Source: Okeania sp.
GTDB taxonomy: Bacteria; Cyanobacteriota; Cyanobacteriia; Cyanobacteriales; Microcoleaceae
Assembly: GCF_035285525.1 (NCBI RefSeq)
Contig: NZ_JAYKGW010000257.1
Coordinates: 17,397 to 49,396, forward strand
DNA: 32,000 nt
Reading direction: 5' to 3'
Shown here: in pieces, positions 19,111-29,200 of the stretch
Numbering within the stretch: the stretch's first letter is position 1
How the letters are laid out: each line of letters opens with the position of its first letter
Notes under the pieces: generated by a model
The model's database searches: none
Seen by the model: the letters and a program-made list of their open reading frames with translations, nothing else
What the model was told of the DNA's origin: nothing
Position numbers and translations under genes: made by a program

Positions 19111-20028
19111 ATGAAATCGGGTCTTAGTAATGACCCAGGCTTGATGAAGTCCTTATTAATACACAGTATTGATATTGGACTGGTTCTCGCTCTGATATAT
19201 ATGGTGTTGGTCATCATAGGGGAACGTCGTACACTATGGATGGTAAGGGGCTTTATAGTCTTAATGTTAGCCTCTGCTCTAAGTCATTCGGCTGGATTAA
19301 GACTATTAAGTTTTGCCCTTAACAGTCTAGTGATCGGTTCTGCTGTCTCTATGGCAGTTATATTACAATCAGAATTTCGTAGGTTTCTCGAACAGTTAGG
19401 ACAAGGAGAAATTCTGCAAATGTTTGGACGCCATCGTCCACCTTTACCTGAATCAGATAATATTATTGATGTAATAGTCGAGGCAATCAAACAATTGTCC
19501 CAAAATCGGATAGGTGCTTTGTTAATTATAGAAACAAATGGACCGATTGATGAAAGGGATTTTTCTGTACCTGGGGTAAAGTTAAATGCTGAACTTTCTC
19601 GTGAACTATTACAAACTATATTTCAGCCCAAAACTTTATTACATGATGGAGCAGTTCTAATTAGAGAACATAAGATTATCTCGGCTGGTGTGATTTTACC
19701 ACTGTCTGAGAAAATAGCTTCTAGGCAATTAGGGACTCGTCATAGAGCAGCTATGGGAATTACAGAACAAGTGGAAAGATGTCTCTGTATAGTAGTGTCT
19801 GAAGAAACTGGTTCTATTTCTCTGGCTGAAAAAGGAATCTTGAATCGGCCTTTAACAGGTAATAAACTAAAGGAGTTATTAGAGGAACGTCTATTTCTAT
19901 CAGGTAGTGAAAAAAATACAAAATCAATCCCTATATTTAGTCTGGGACGTCAAGTAGGATTAAAAGGATCGCAATTAATTTCATGGGTACTTCGTCAGAG
20001 TCCATCAGCTCCTCGAAAGAAAAGATGA
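19111..20028 (+). CDS. cdaA: Diadenylate cyclase CdaA (membrane-anchored DAC domain)
   Basis: Three N-terminal hydrophobic helices followed by a DAC domain with [20 protein letters not shown] and [12 protein letters not shown]. Confidence 0.9.
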   Translation: MKSGLSNDPGLMKSLLIHSIDIGLVLALIYMVLVIIGERRTLWMVRGFIVLMLASALSHSAGLRLLSFALNSLVIGSAVSMAVILQSEFRRFLEQLGQGEILQMFGRHRPPLPESDNIIDVIVEAIKQLSQNRIGALLIIETNGPIDERDFSVPGVKLNAELSRELLQTIFQPKTLLHDGAVLIREHKIISAGVILPLSEKIASRQLGTRHRAAMGITEQVERCLCIVVSEETGSISLAEKGILNRPLTGNKLKELLEERLFLSGSEKNTKSIPIFSLGRQVGLKGSQLISWVLRQSPSAPRKKR

Positions 20029-20771
20029 ATCAAGGAACTTGTTTACAAGATTTACCTGTTGACTTAAAACCAGAAAAGTTGCCTCGCCATGTAGCTGTGA
20101 TTATGGATGGTAATGGTCGTTGGGCAAAAAATCGTGGTTTACCAAGGATTATGGGACATAGGCGTGGAGTGGAAGTCCTCAAGGATTTGCTACGATGTTG
20201 TAAGGATTGGGGTATAGAAGCATTAACTGCTTATGCTTTTTCTAGTGAAAATTGGGGCAGACCTCTGGAGGAAGTTAATTTTTTAATGACTTTGTTTGAA
20301 AAAGTTCTGTGTCGAGAGTTAAAAGAAATGGTGGCAGAAGATGTTCAAATTAGATTTGTTGGTAATTTGAGTTCTTTGCCTCTATCTTTACAAACTGAGA
20401 TTAAACGCTCAGTGGAAACAACTGGGCAAAATCAAGGGATTAAGTTTACTGTAGCTACTAATTATGGCGGACGTCAGGAAATTATACAAGCTTGTCGGGC
20501 GATCGCTACTCAAGTACAAGAAGGTTTACTTAAACCTGAAGAAATTAATGAAGCAATTTTTGAGAAATATCTTTATACTACTGGTATTTCTCATCCAGAT
20601 TTATTAATTCGTACCAGTGGTGAAATGCGAATTAGTAATTTTTTATTGTGGCAAATTGCTTATTCAGAAATTTATGTGACTGAGACATTTTGGCCTGATT
20701 TTAATCGTGCTGAGTTTCATCGTGCTTTATGTGCTTATCAGCAAAGAGAACGGAGATTTGGCAAAATTTAA
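20025..20771 (+). CDS. uppS: Isoprenyl transferase (undecaprenyl-diphosphate synthase)
   Basis: Motifs [27 protein letters not shown] and [21 protein letters not shown]. The preferred start is ATG at 20025, forming an ATGA overlap with the cdaA stop (20026..20028). The track ORF start at 19983 lies inside cdaA. Confidence 0.92.
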   Translation: MNQGTCLQDLPVDLKPEKLPRHVAVIMDGNGRWAKNRGLPRIMGHRRGVEVLKDLLRCCKDWGIEALTAYAFSSENWGRPLEEVNFLMTLFEKVLCRELKEMVAEDVQIRFVGNLSSLPLSLQTEIKRSVETTGQNQGIKFTVATNYGGRQEIIQACRAIATQVQEGLLKPEEINEAIFEKYLYTTGISHPDLLIRTSGEMRISNFLLWQIAYSEIYVTETFWPDFNRAEFHRALCAYQQRERRFGKI

Positions 20772-20919
20772 TTCGTTCAAGTTATGCTACTAGACAGTAC
20801 ACAGTTCTAGGAATAATTATTACTAGCTAAGTCTTTCAACTATCTAAAGGTTAGAAATTGTCTATTTGGAAGTTTAACTGCTGCCAGCCTATTCCCATGA
20901 TACTTTTAGTATACTCTCC

Positions 20920-20954
20920 AATTCTAAATTCTAAATTCTAAATTCTAAATTCTA
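20920..20954. repeat. STRR-type heptamer tandem repeat (AATTCTA x5)
   Basis: Direct reading. Lies in the convergent intergenic region between uppS and the DUF3143 gene. Confidence 0.9.
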
Positions 20955-20975
20955 AATTTGTACTTTCCAGTTAGG

Positions 20976-21248
20976 CTAAGGTCCAGAAAATATTGCTGCT
21001 TCCAGGTCTTGTCTGGTTAAGGAATATTTAAAAGATCTTTGAATGTCATTACCATCAATACCTGCATCTACATAGCGTACAGTAAGTTGGTCGATATCTA
21101 ATAATAATTCTGCTTTCCAAGTTGGTTTTTCAACCCACCAACAATTTAATTCTTGGGAATTTTGTTGGCAGCCATTTTCTTGTAGCCATTGCTCAATTTT
21201 GGGCAAAGGATGATTATATAAGGGAGTATTTGGATTAGGAAGATTCAT
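20976..21248 (-). CDS. DUF3143-family small protein (conserved in cyanobacteria and plastid-bearing eukaryotes)
   Basis: 90 aa. PLYNHPLPKIEQWLQENGCQQ...CWWVEKPTWKAELLLDIDQLTVRYVDAG...IQRSFKYSLTRQDLEAAIFSGP matches my recollection of the family pattern. Confidence 0.7.
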   Translation of the reverse strand: MNLPNPNTPLYNHPLPKIEQWLQENGCQQNSQELNCWWVEKPTWKAELLLDIDQLTVRYVDAGIDGNDIQRSFKYSLTRQDLEAAIFSGP

Positions 21249-21319
21249 TTCTTTTTTTCTATAAAGAATATCTAGATTTTTTGGGATTCTTCTCTTAAAT
21301 TATATATCTCTTTTGTAGC

Positions 21320-21790
21320 TAGGGCGTGTCATCAATTAGGGTTGGCGCTCAAAAGTCTTATGGGTAGGGGTAGGGGTAGGGGTAGAAGTAGGAGTCAGGA
21401 GACAGGAGTTGTACGGACGCTCCATGAAACGTCCGTACAGAAATTTATAGAAGGCAGGAGGAAGAATTATCTCTTAATTTTTCTATCTCGTGTCAACCAA
21501 AATCCTAACTTTTTTCACCTTTTTAATCAGCAAGCCCCAATTAAATAAGTTGACAAAAAGGCTATTCTCTGTTAAATAAAAATTATGATCGCGGTTGAGT
21601 AGGTTCAGATCAAGGGTAGCACAACTGAAATTGTGCGGTCGTTAGGGGCGGGTTTCTCACTTAAATGAACGATTTTCAAAAGTCGAGTTAGATCAACCCG
21701 CCCCCCAATAATGTAATGAACAGTTTTAGCTTTGTCAGTCCACTACTTTTATTGATAAAGTTTCTAACATCGAATGGATTACACACCCTA
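21320..21790. mobile_element. Second copy of the composite MITE (TIR TAGGGCGTGTCATCAATTA ... TACACACCCTA), with a different ~207-bp nested insertion (21339..21545)
   Basis: Colinear with 15731..16082 outside the nested parts. The insertion is flanked by CAATTA on both sides. It contains a GGGGTA hexamer run and a perfect 9-bp-stem hairpin GTACGGACG...CGTCCGTAC. Confidence 0.75.
21645..21704. repeat. GGGGCGGGTTT ... CAACCCGCCCC hairpin module inside the second composite MITE
   Basis: Same arms and the same upstream GAAATTGTGCGG as the copy at 15841. Confidence 0.8.
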
Positions 21791-21879
21791 GTTAAATAAG
21801 TGTTTATGAAAAATTAATTGTATAATTTCATAAGCAAAATTAATTACACATTCTATTATCAATCTACAATTTTATCTAT

Positions 21880-21968
21880 AGGACTTACGAAAGGCACTGT
21901 ATATGGCGCCTTGGCCTGTGATCCTGATGGCAACGCACCCTACCAATAGCGTTCATGGCTTTAGTTCT
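21880..21968. mobile_element. Reverse-oriented copy of the ~90-bp MITE with one degenerate end
   Basis: Aligns with the reverse complement of 12186..12274. Its distal TIR is replaced by CATGGCTTTAGTTCT. It is followed by the 25-bp motif at 21993..22017. Confidence 0.7.
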
Positions 21969-22121
21969 AATCTAGAAATTATCAATTTTTTTCCCTGTTC
22001 CCAGTTGGGCGTTCCCTATTCCTTTTCTCAACTAAGAAATTAATTTTGCACTACTACTTATACCATTAAACTTCTCTGTTGTATAATCAAAAAGTTGTAA
22101 TGAGGATGCTAGTTTTTTGAT

Positions 22122-22571
22122 TTAAAGTACTGGTGGTTCGATAGATTGAATAGGTATATCTGGACGCATAAGACCGATAACAATAGCTATTATCAAACAA
22201 CTAATCAGAGCCAGGCCCATAATTAAGAGAGCAAATAATTCACCAGCAGATAATGGTCTATCTTTACTGTCTAAGTAGTATGAACGAGATATATGACTAC
22301 TAAAGTTGACCTTTTGCTCAAAATCATTTAAGTACAAGTGCCTAATCTTTTTGTCGTACTCTATTCTTTTCTCGGAGTCCACTAAAGTATGATAAGCTTC
22401 ATAAATTTTCTGGAATTTAACAGTAGCGATCGCTAGTGGCATATCCGTAGTATCTGGATGATATTGCTTACTCAGTTCCCGATACGCTTTTCTAATTTCT
22501 TGATTAGATGCTTTTGGATGTATTCCAAGTAAAGAATAATAAGTCATATCCAAAGAAGTATTTTTTGACAT
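22122..22571 (-). CDS. J-domain (DnaJ-like) protein with a C-terminal transmembrane helix
   Basis: YSLLGIHPKASNQEIRKAYRELSKQYHPDTT carries the HPD motif. The hydrophobic segment LFALLIMGLALISCLIIAIVIGL lies near the C-terminus. Confidence 0.8.
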   Translation of the reverse strand: MSKNTSLDMTYYSLLGIHPKASNQEIRKAYRELSKQYHPDTTDMPLAIATVKFQKIYEAYHTLVDSEKRIEYDKKIRHLYLNDFEQKVNFSSHISRSYYLDSKDRPLSAGELFALLIMGLALISCLIIAIVIGLMRPDIPIQSIEPPVL

Positions 22572-22871
22572 TATTCAAATTCTTGTAACTTTTCCCACTA
22601 AATTGCTCTAAATTAATTTTTAGTAATAGTTATGGTGATCTTTTGAGTTACTAATTTCTTTTGATACTCTACCAACTAAAATTACTGAATATTAAAAATG
22701 ACAAAATATTATTTTTGCTCAATAATTATTTGTATGTTTAAATAAATTAATTTCCAGATTGAGATAATTTTTTAATTGTCTCAATCAGTTCTATCTAGCT
22801 CAACTTTTGAAAGAATTAATCAATACTTATTGTAATGATTAGAGAATAGAAAACGGGGAAAAATTTAAACT

Positions 22872-23105
22872 TTAATCATTCCATTCTCCTCTTGGAGGAA
22901 TAGGAGGGTTTCTCTGAAGAGTGAGAGCTAACTCATCTTCTGGGAGTCCTCCTCTCAACCACTGACGAAGAGCGCTTTCAATTACTTTACTAGGGTCATT
23001 TGTCAAATGCTGAACTTGGTCTAATAACCTAGAATCTATATGTATTGATAGTTCGACTTTTTCGGTTGACTTTTGCTGATTAACTTTAGACTCATTCATT
23101 GTCAT
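22872..23105 (-). CDS. Small hypothetical protein, possibly ribbon-helix-helix-like
   Basis: 77-aa ORF. The pattern VELSIHIDSRLLDQVQHLTNDPSKVIESALRQWL resembles a beta-strand plus two helices, as in RHH proteins. No further support. Confidence 0.45.
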   Translation of the reverse strand: MTMNESKVNQQKSTEKVELSIHIDSRLLDQVQHLTNDPSKVIESALRQWLRGGLPEDELALTLQRNPPIPPRGEWND

Positions 23106-23781
23106 ATCATATAATTCTCAATTGATATATTAAAATATACTAACTAATTTAACTATGTTAGTAAAAAAATAATATAATTGTAAGCATTCAGCTATTTTGG
23201 CGGAATGCGCTCCTATTCAGCAAACCCTATTTAAGAGTTGAAAATGGCTTTAAGTGAAAATAACATTTAAAGTCGGCTTTGATAGTAATACGGAATTTAT
23301 TTTAACTAATAAAGCTTTGATCTCAAACTAAAATAAATAGTTGACCGCTGCTTGCTGACGATCCAGAATGCTTACATATAATTTTGTACTTTGTTGCTTT
23401 AATTATAACATTTTATCTAAAATAAATATCATATTATAATTTTTTTGTCAATCTCTACTGAGTAGAAAGCTATTTCATTTTCTCAAGTTAGTCAGAAAAA
23501 TGAAAAATAGATATAGATAAGGTTAGACTAACTTTTGTAGGACTAAAGCCATGAGGTAGTAAAAACAGGGGTTTGAGATTGCTTCCTGTTGTCGTATCGG
23601 ACGAAAATACGTTGCAGTTACGTAAGTCCTGTTTTGCTCATTTCTAGAATAAAGCTGTTTCTGAGAATGAAACAGCCCTATAGTAAAGAATAGAACTAAA
23701 ATCAGACCAGGCCAAAAAGTCAAAAATTAAAATATGTTAAGAAGATAAATATATTTTACCAAAAAAATTATCAACAAAAAT

Positions 23782-25587
23782 ATGACAAAAGTTCCTGTAT
23801 CTCACATTCGTAATTTTTCCATTATTGCTCATATAGATCATGGAAAATCAACCTTAGCCGATCGCCTCCTACAAAAAACTGGTACAGTAGCAGACCGTGA
23901 AATGAAAGAGCAATTCCTGGACACAATGGACTTAGAAAGAGAGCGTGGTATTACAATTAAACTCCAGGCAGCTCGAATGAATTATACCGCTCAAGATGGA
24001 GAAGAATATGTATTAAATTTGATCGATACACCTGGTCATGTGGACTTTTCTTATGAAGTGTCCCGGTCTCTGGCAGCTTGTGAAGGTGCTTTATTAGTAG
24101 TGGACGCTTCCCAAGGAGTAGAAGCTCAGACCTTAGCTAATGTATATTTGGCCTTAGAGCATGACTTAGAAATTATTCCAGTATTAAATAAAATAGATCT
24201 ACCAGGGGCAGAACCAGATAGAGTTAAACAAGAAATAGAAGATATTATTGGCCTAGATTGTTCAGAGGCAATTTTAGCATCTGCCAAAGAAGGAATCGGA
24301 ATTGGGGAAATTCTCGAATCTATTGTCGAATTAGTTCCAGCACCACAGGATACTATTAGTGAAAAGTTACGGGCTTTAATTTTTGATAGTTATTATGACC
24401 CATATCGAGGAGTAATTGTATATTTTCGGGTGATGGATGGGACTATTGCTAAAGGCGATCGCGTCCGACTCATGGCATCAGCAAAAGAATATGACATAGA
24501 TGAGTTGGGAGTTTTATCCCCTACCCAAAAACCAGTAGAAGAGCTTCATGCAGGAGAAGTAGGTTATTTCTCAGCAGCTATCAAAGCAGTAGAAGATGCC
24601 AGGGTGGGAGATACAATTACTTTAGCCAAAAAACGAGCGGAAACTCCTCTACCTGGTTATATTGAAGCTAAACCTATGGTATTTTGTGGCCTATTTCCCA
24701 CTGATGCTGACCAATTTCCAGATTTACGAGAGGCATTAGATAAACTTAAACTTAATGATGCGGCTTTGTCTTATGAAGCAGAAACATCAAGTGCTATGGG
24801 TTTTGGATTTCGATGTGGGTTTTTAGGACTTCTCCACATGGAAATTGTTCAGGAAAGATTAGAGCGAGAATACAATTTAGATTTGATTGTTACTTCTCCA
24901 TCGGTAGTTTACCAGGTGACTACTAATAAAGGAGAAGTTATGAAGATTGATAATCCAAATTTATTACCCGATCCTAATCAGCGAGCCAAAATAGAAGAAC
25001 CTTATGTGAAGGTGGAAATGATTACTCCAGAAGAATATGTAGGGACATTAATGGAGTTGGGGCAATCACGACGGGGTGTATTTAAGGATATGAAGTATTT
25101 GGCTCAGGGTAGAACTACTTTAGTATATGAGATACCTTTGGCAGAAGTGGTGACAGATTTTTTTGACCAAATGAAGTCTCGGTCTCGTGGTTATGCTAGT
25201 ATGGAATATCAACTTATAGGCTACCGTGAAAATCCTTTGGTGAAGTTGGATATTATGATTAATGCGGAACCTGTGGATGCTTTGGCTGTGATTGTACATA
25301 AGGATAAAGCTTATGGAGTTGGTCGTGCTTTGGCAGAAAAGCTGAAGGAGTTAATTCCCCGTCATCAATTTAAGGTACCGATTCAAGCATCTATTGGTGC
25401 TAAGGTTATTGCTAGTGAACATATACCTGCTTTACGGAAAGATGTTTTGGCTAAATGTTATGGTGGGGATATTAGTCGTAAGAAAAAATTACTACAAAAA
25501 CAGGCAAAAGGTAAAAAACGGATGAAGTCTTTGGGTACAGTTGATGTACCACAGGAAGCTTTTATGGCAGTTTTGCGCTTGGATTAA
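23782..25587 (+). CDS. lepA: Translation elongation factor 4 (LepA)
   Basis: 601 aa. GTPase motifs [17 protein letters not shown] and NKIDL. Conserved LepA C-terminal region ([23 protein letters not shown]). Confidence 0.97.
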   Translation: MTKVPVSHIRNFSIIAHIDHGKSTLADRLLQKTGTVADREMKEQFLDTMDLERERGITIKLQAARMNYTAQDGEEYVLNLIDTPGHVDFSYEVSRSLAACEGALLVVDASQGVEAQTLANVYLALEHDLEIIPVLNKIDLPGAEPDRVKQEIEDIIGLDCSEAILASAKEGIGIGEILESIVELVPAPQDTISEKLRALIFDSYYDPYRGVIVYFRVMDGTIAKGDRVRLMASAKEYDIDELGVLSPTQKPVEELHAGEVGYFSAAIKAVEDARVGDTITLAKKRAETPLPGYIEAKPMVFCGLFPTDADQFPDLREALDKLKLNDAALSYEAETSSAMGFGFRCGFLGLLHMEIVQERLEREYNLDLIVTSPSVVYQVTTNKGEVMKIDNPNLLPDPNQRAKIEEPYVKVEMITPEEYVGTLMELGQSRRGVFKDMKYLAQGRTTLVYEIPLAEVVTDFFDQMKSRSRGYASMEYQLIGYRENPLVKLDIMINAEPVDALAVIVHKDKAYGVGRALAEKLKELIPRHQFKVPIQASIGAKVIASEHIPALRKDVLAKCYGGDISRKKKLLQKQAKGKKRMKSLGTVDVPQEAFMAVLRLD

Positions 25588-25599
25588 TTCTAGTAAACT

Positions 25600-25964
25600 G
25601 ACACACCTAAAATAGTGCATGGGGTAGGGGCGGGTTTAAGCAGAAATTTTCATGGTTACTCTCAGATTTATATAAACCCGCTCCCAAGGATAATGGCTTA
25701 TATGATATCGAGCGGGTTTAGCTAACTTAATCCGTAATAAATATAAAATCCGGATAATTAGTTGATGGAAAACTTTGTACCTTTTCACTTAATTTTTTCT
25801 CTTCTGCCCCCTTTCAAAGGGGGTTGGGGGGATATTTTCTGCCGCCTTCCTTGGTGTAGATACGATAAGTATATAACCGGATTCTATATAAAAACTCGCT
25901 AACTAAATGCGTGAAACCCGCCTCTACATATTCTGATTCCTTAATGCACCATTTTAGTTGTGTC
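25600..25964. mobile_element. ~365-bp composite palindromic element bounded by 21-bp inverted repeats (GACACACCTAAAATAGTGCAT / ATGCACCATTTTAGTTGTGTC)
   Basis: The inverted repeats match at 18 of 21 positions. It contains one complete hairpin module (25627..25685). It also contains a split module (GAGCGGGTTT at 25710, AAACCCGCCTC ending at 25924) whose loop holds the palindromic mini-element at 25807..25833. Confidence 0.6.
25807..25833. repeat. Intergenic copy of the palindromic mini-element (CCCCCTTTCAAAGGGGGTTGGGGGGATA)
   Basis: Reverse complement of the element found in frame at 7903..7937 and 8111..8141. Confidence 0.8.
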
Positions 25965-26202
25965 TGTCCAATAGTTATCATTACGATGATAGGAAGCAAT
26001 CTCAGGAAATATGAGAGATTGTTTCCTTCCACTCTTTTAGAATTACAACGACTGACAATAACTGTAACTTAGATATGATAAACTTTCTAGACATTTAATG
26101 TCAGGATTATACTTTATTAGTGGTGTATGATGGAGTTGAATGTGGTTCTTCAATTTTTTGTTGAAAACTACAACAATTTAAACTGCTCGGAAAGTAGAAG
26201 TA

Positions 26203-29200
26203 ATGAGAATATTAGTAACAGGTGGCGCAGGTTTTCTTGGTTCTCATCTCATCGATAGATTAATGGAACAAGGCCATGAAGTCCTCTGTCTGGATAATTT
26301 TTATACCGGAACTAAACGCAATATTTATAAATGGTTGAATCATCCCTATTTTGAATTAATTCGTCACGATATTACAGAACCAATTAGATTAGAAGCAGAT
26401 CAAATATATCATCTAGCTTGTCCTGCTAGTCCAGTACATTATCAATTTAATCCTGTCAAGACAATTAAAACTAATGTGATGGGAACTTTGAATATGTTGG
26501 GGTTAGCTAAAAGGGTTAAAGCTAGATTTTTTTTGGCTTCGACATCTGAGGTTTATGGAGATCCGGATGTACATCCTCAAACAGAAGATTATAGAGGTAA
26601 TGTTAATTGTATTGGGATTCGTAGTTGTTTTGATCCGGAAACGGAAATTTTAACGGAAGCAGGTTGGATAGCTTTTCCCGATTTACAACCAGATGTTAAA
26701 GTCGCAACATTAAACCCAGAGGGTAAGGTTGAATATCATATTCCTGATGAATATATTGTACAACCATATATTGGGGAAATGTATCGTTTTGCTAATGCTA
26801 AATTTGATTTTTGTGTAACTCCTAATCATTGGATGTATGTCCGGAGTGAGACAGATCATTTAAAGTTTATCAGAGCGGATGAAGATAAACATTGGCACAG
26901 TTGGCGGGCATTAACTGGAGGAGATTTTGGAGGAGAAGAGTTAGAATGGTTTGAGTTAGGAACTCCTCCTAGAAATGCTAAAGTAAAAGTAGAAAAAATC
27001 CCCATGGATGACTGGTTAGAATTTTTGGGTTATTACATTTCTGAAGGTTGCGTTGATGTGAAAAAAAGAGCGCGAGTGGTAGGAGGAAATGATTATGATG
27101 TGGCAGATTATAATGTTTTAATTGCTCAAGAAAATTCTGAGGGACGTTTAAAAATTGCTAATTGTTTAAGTCGTTTAGGATTTAAGTTTTTTGATGGGGA
27201 CGAGCATCAATTTCAAATTTGCAGTAAACAGTTAGCTGAGGTTTTATTACCTTTAGGTAAGTCTGGTGATAAATACATTCCTCGTGAGTTATTTGAACTA
27301 TCAAAAAGACAGTTATTAATCCTATTTAATGCTCTAATATTGGGGGATGGTTCGGAACGAGGAAATTGCTTTACTTACTATAGTAAATCTAAACAATTAG
27401 CAGATGATGTACAAGAATTAGCACTTCGTTGTGGTTATGCAGCTTCGGTAGTTTCTCATGCTATTGGGCGCGACCTTTATCGAGTGAATATTCGACCTGC
27501 TAAGGATGCAAGTTTAGTTGAACCAGAACGTTTCCATTATGTAGGAAAAGTTTATTGTGTTAATGTCACAAATCATGTAGTTTTTGTCAGGAGAAATGGT
27601 CGTGCTGCTTGGTGCGGTCAATGTTACGACGAAGGGAAGCGAGTAGCAGAAACTTTGGCATTTGATTACCATCGTCAAAATAAAGTTGATATTCGAGTAG
27701 TCAGAATTTTTAATAGTTTGACTGGAGACCAAAAGGTACTTTATTATATTTGTGAAAAACTCTATTATGAAACTTTTGCTGAGTGTTATGAAAGGATTAA
27801 TGGAGATATATCTAATGTTTCAGTGCCTTGTTTTGATGAAAATTCCCGGACAGTAATTAAACCAATTTCTGCTATTTGGAAACATCATGTTAAGAAGAAG
27901 GGTTTCAAGATTAAAACTCTTTGGGGTAAGGAGATAAAAATTACTGAAGACCATAGTTTATTTACTAGGGATGAAAATGATCGACCTCAAGCAGCTTTTG
28001 GCAGTGAATTAAAGGTGGGAGATGAAATTGGAGTTCCTAGTTATATTAGCTTTTTGGAACAAACTTTACAACCATTCCACATTACAGATAAGATATTAAG
28101 CAAAGCAGAAATATCTGTAGAAAGTCAAGAGACTATTTCCTATCTAGAAAAATATGGAGATAAAATTCGGGAGTATTTATTGGCAAAAGGTCTAAATCCC
28201 GAACAACTTTATTCTACCTTGAAAAATTACGAAGCAACAAATCAAATTCCTTGGCATCTATGGGAATATTTAGAACTGCCTTTACCTGAAAAAGAAAAAA
28301 TTTGCTATTCATCTACAAAAGCAGTTAAAAATTCGATAAGCAACGTAGAAGACTTTTTATGGTTATTAGGGTTTTATGTGTCTAAAGGAAGTTTGATAAA
28401 TAATCAAATTGTTTTCAAAGGAGAAGCTGAAAAATTATCAGAAGTAATAGAGAGAATATTTGATTTTCAGCCAGAAATTAATGAATCAGGAGATGTAACG
28501 ATTGAGTCAAAAATTATAGTTGATTTAATTGCAGATGGATTTAATTTTGGCAGAAAAGAAAAAGATATTCCTAATTGGATTTTACAACTTCCTCCAAAAC
28601 AATTAATTAAATTTTTACAGGGATTTGCTGAAGGTAATGATGTAGAAGATAAATTAAGTTCAAAGTTCGAGTTTGAGAGCGATCGCCAGTTAGTTACTGA
28701 AAAGTTAGTTTTAATCTTTGCTAAGTTTGGGTTAGTAGCAAATGTTTCTGAAATAGAGGCACAAATCTATCGGATAACGGTAGAAGGATTAGAATATACT
28801 AATATCCAGAATTTGTCTAACGTTCAACAGAAAATATTAGCTAAAACAACAGGTGATATTGTTTGGGCAAAAATAGAAAGTATGGAAGAATTTGCCATAG
28901 ATGATTATGTCTATGATTTCTCTGTACCAAATTATGAGAACTTTATTGGGGGAACCTATAGCATTTTTGCTCATAATACTTATGGACCCAGAATGTTAGA
29001 AAATGATGGTCGAGTTGTTAGTAACTTTATCGTCCAAGCTTTACAAGGAATACCATTAACAGTGTATGGCGATGGTTCCCAAACCAGAAGTTTCTGTTAT
29101 GTTTCTGACCTAGTAGAAGGGTTTATCCGATTAATGAATCAAGACTTTATCGGACCAGTTAATATAGGAAACCCAGGAGAATATACTATATTAGAATTAG

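Noticed and set aside
19983-20024. Longer uppS start ([14 protein letters not shown]...).
   Set aside because: These codons overlap the 3' end of cdaA. ATG at 20025 gives the ATGA stop/start overlap and an N-terminus typical of UppS.
21342-21548. 68-aa ORF (MALKSLMGRGRGRGRSRS...).
   Set aside because: It lies entirely inside the 207-bp element nested in the composite MITE. The Gly-Arg run is a translated GGGGTA hexamer repeat.
23523-23723. 66-aa minus-strand ORF just upstream of lepA.
   Set aside because: It has no motif, overlaps a MITE remnant (ACGTAAGTCCTG at about 23620) and sits in the probable lepA promoter region. Support is too weak.
25814-26032. 72-aa minus-strand ORF.
   Set aside because: It is composed of the palindromic mini-element and one arm of the 365-bp composite repeat, so it is translated repeat DNA.
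27514-27732. 72-aa antisense ORF within uxs.
   Set aside because: It is antisense to a well-supported CDS at the junction of intein 1 and the central extein, and has no features of a real gene.
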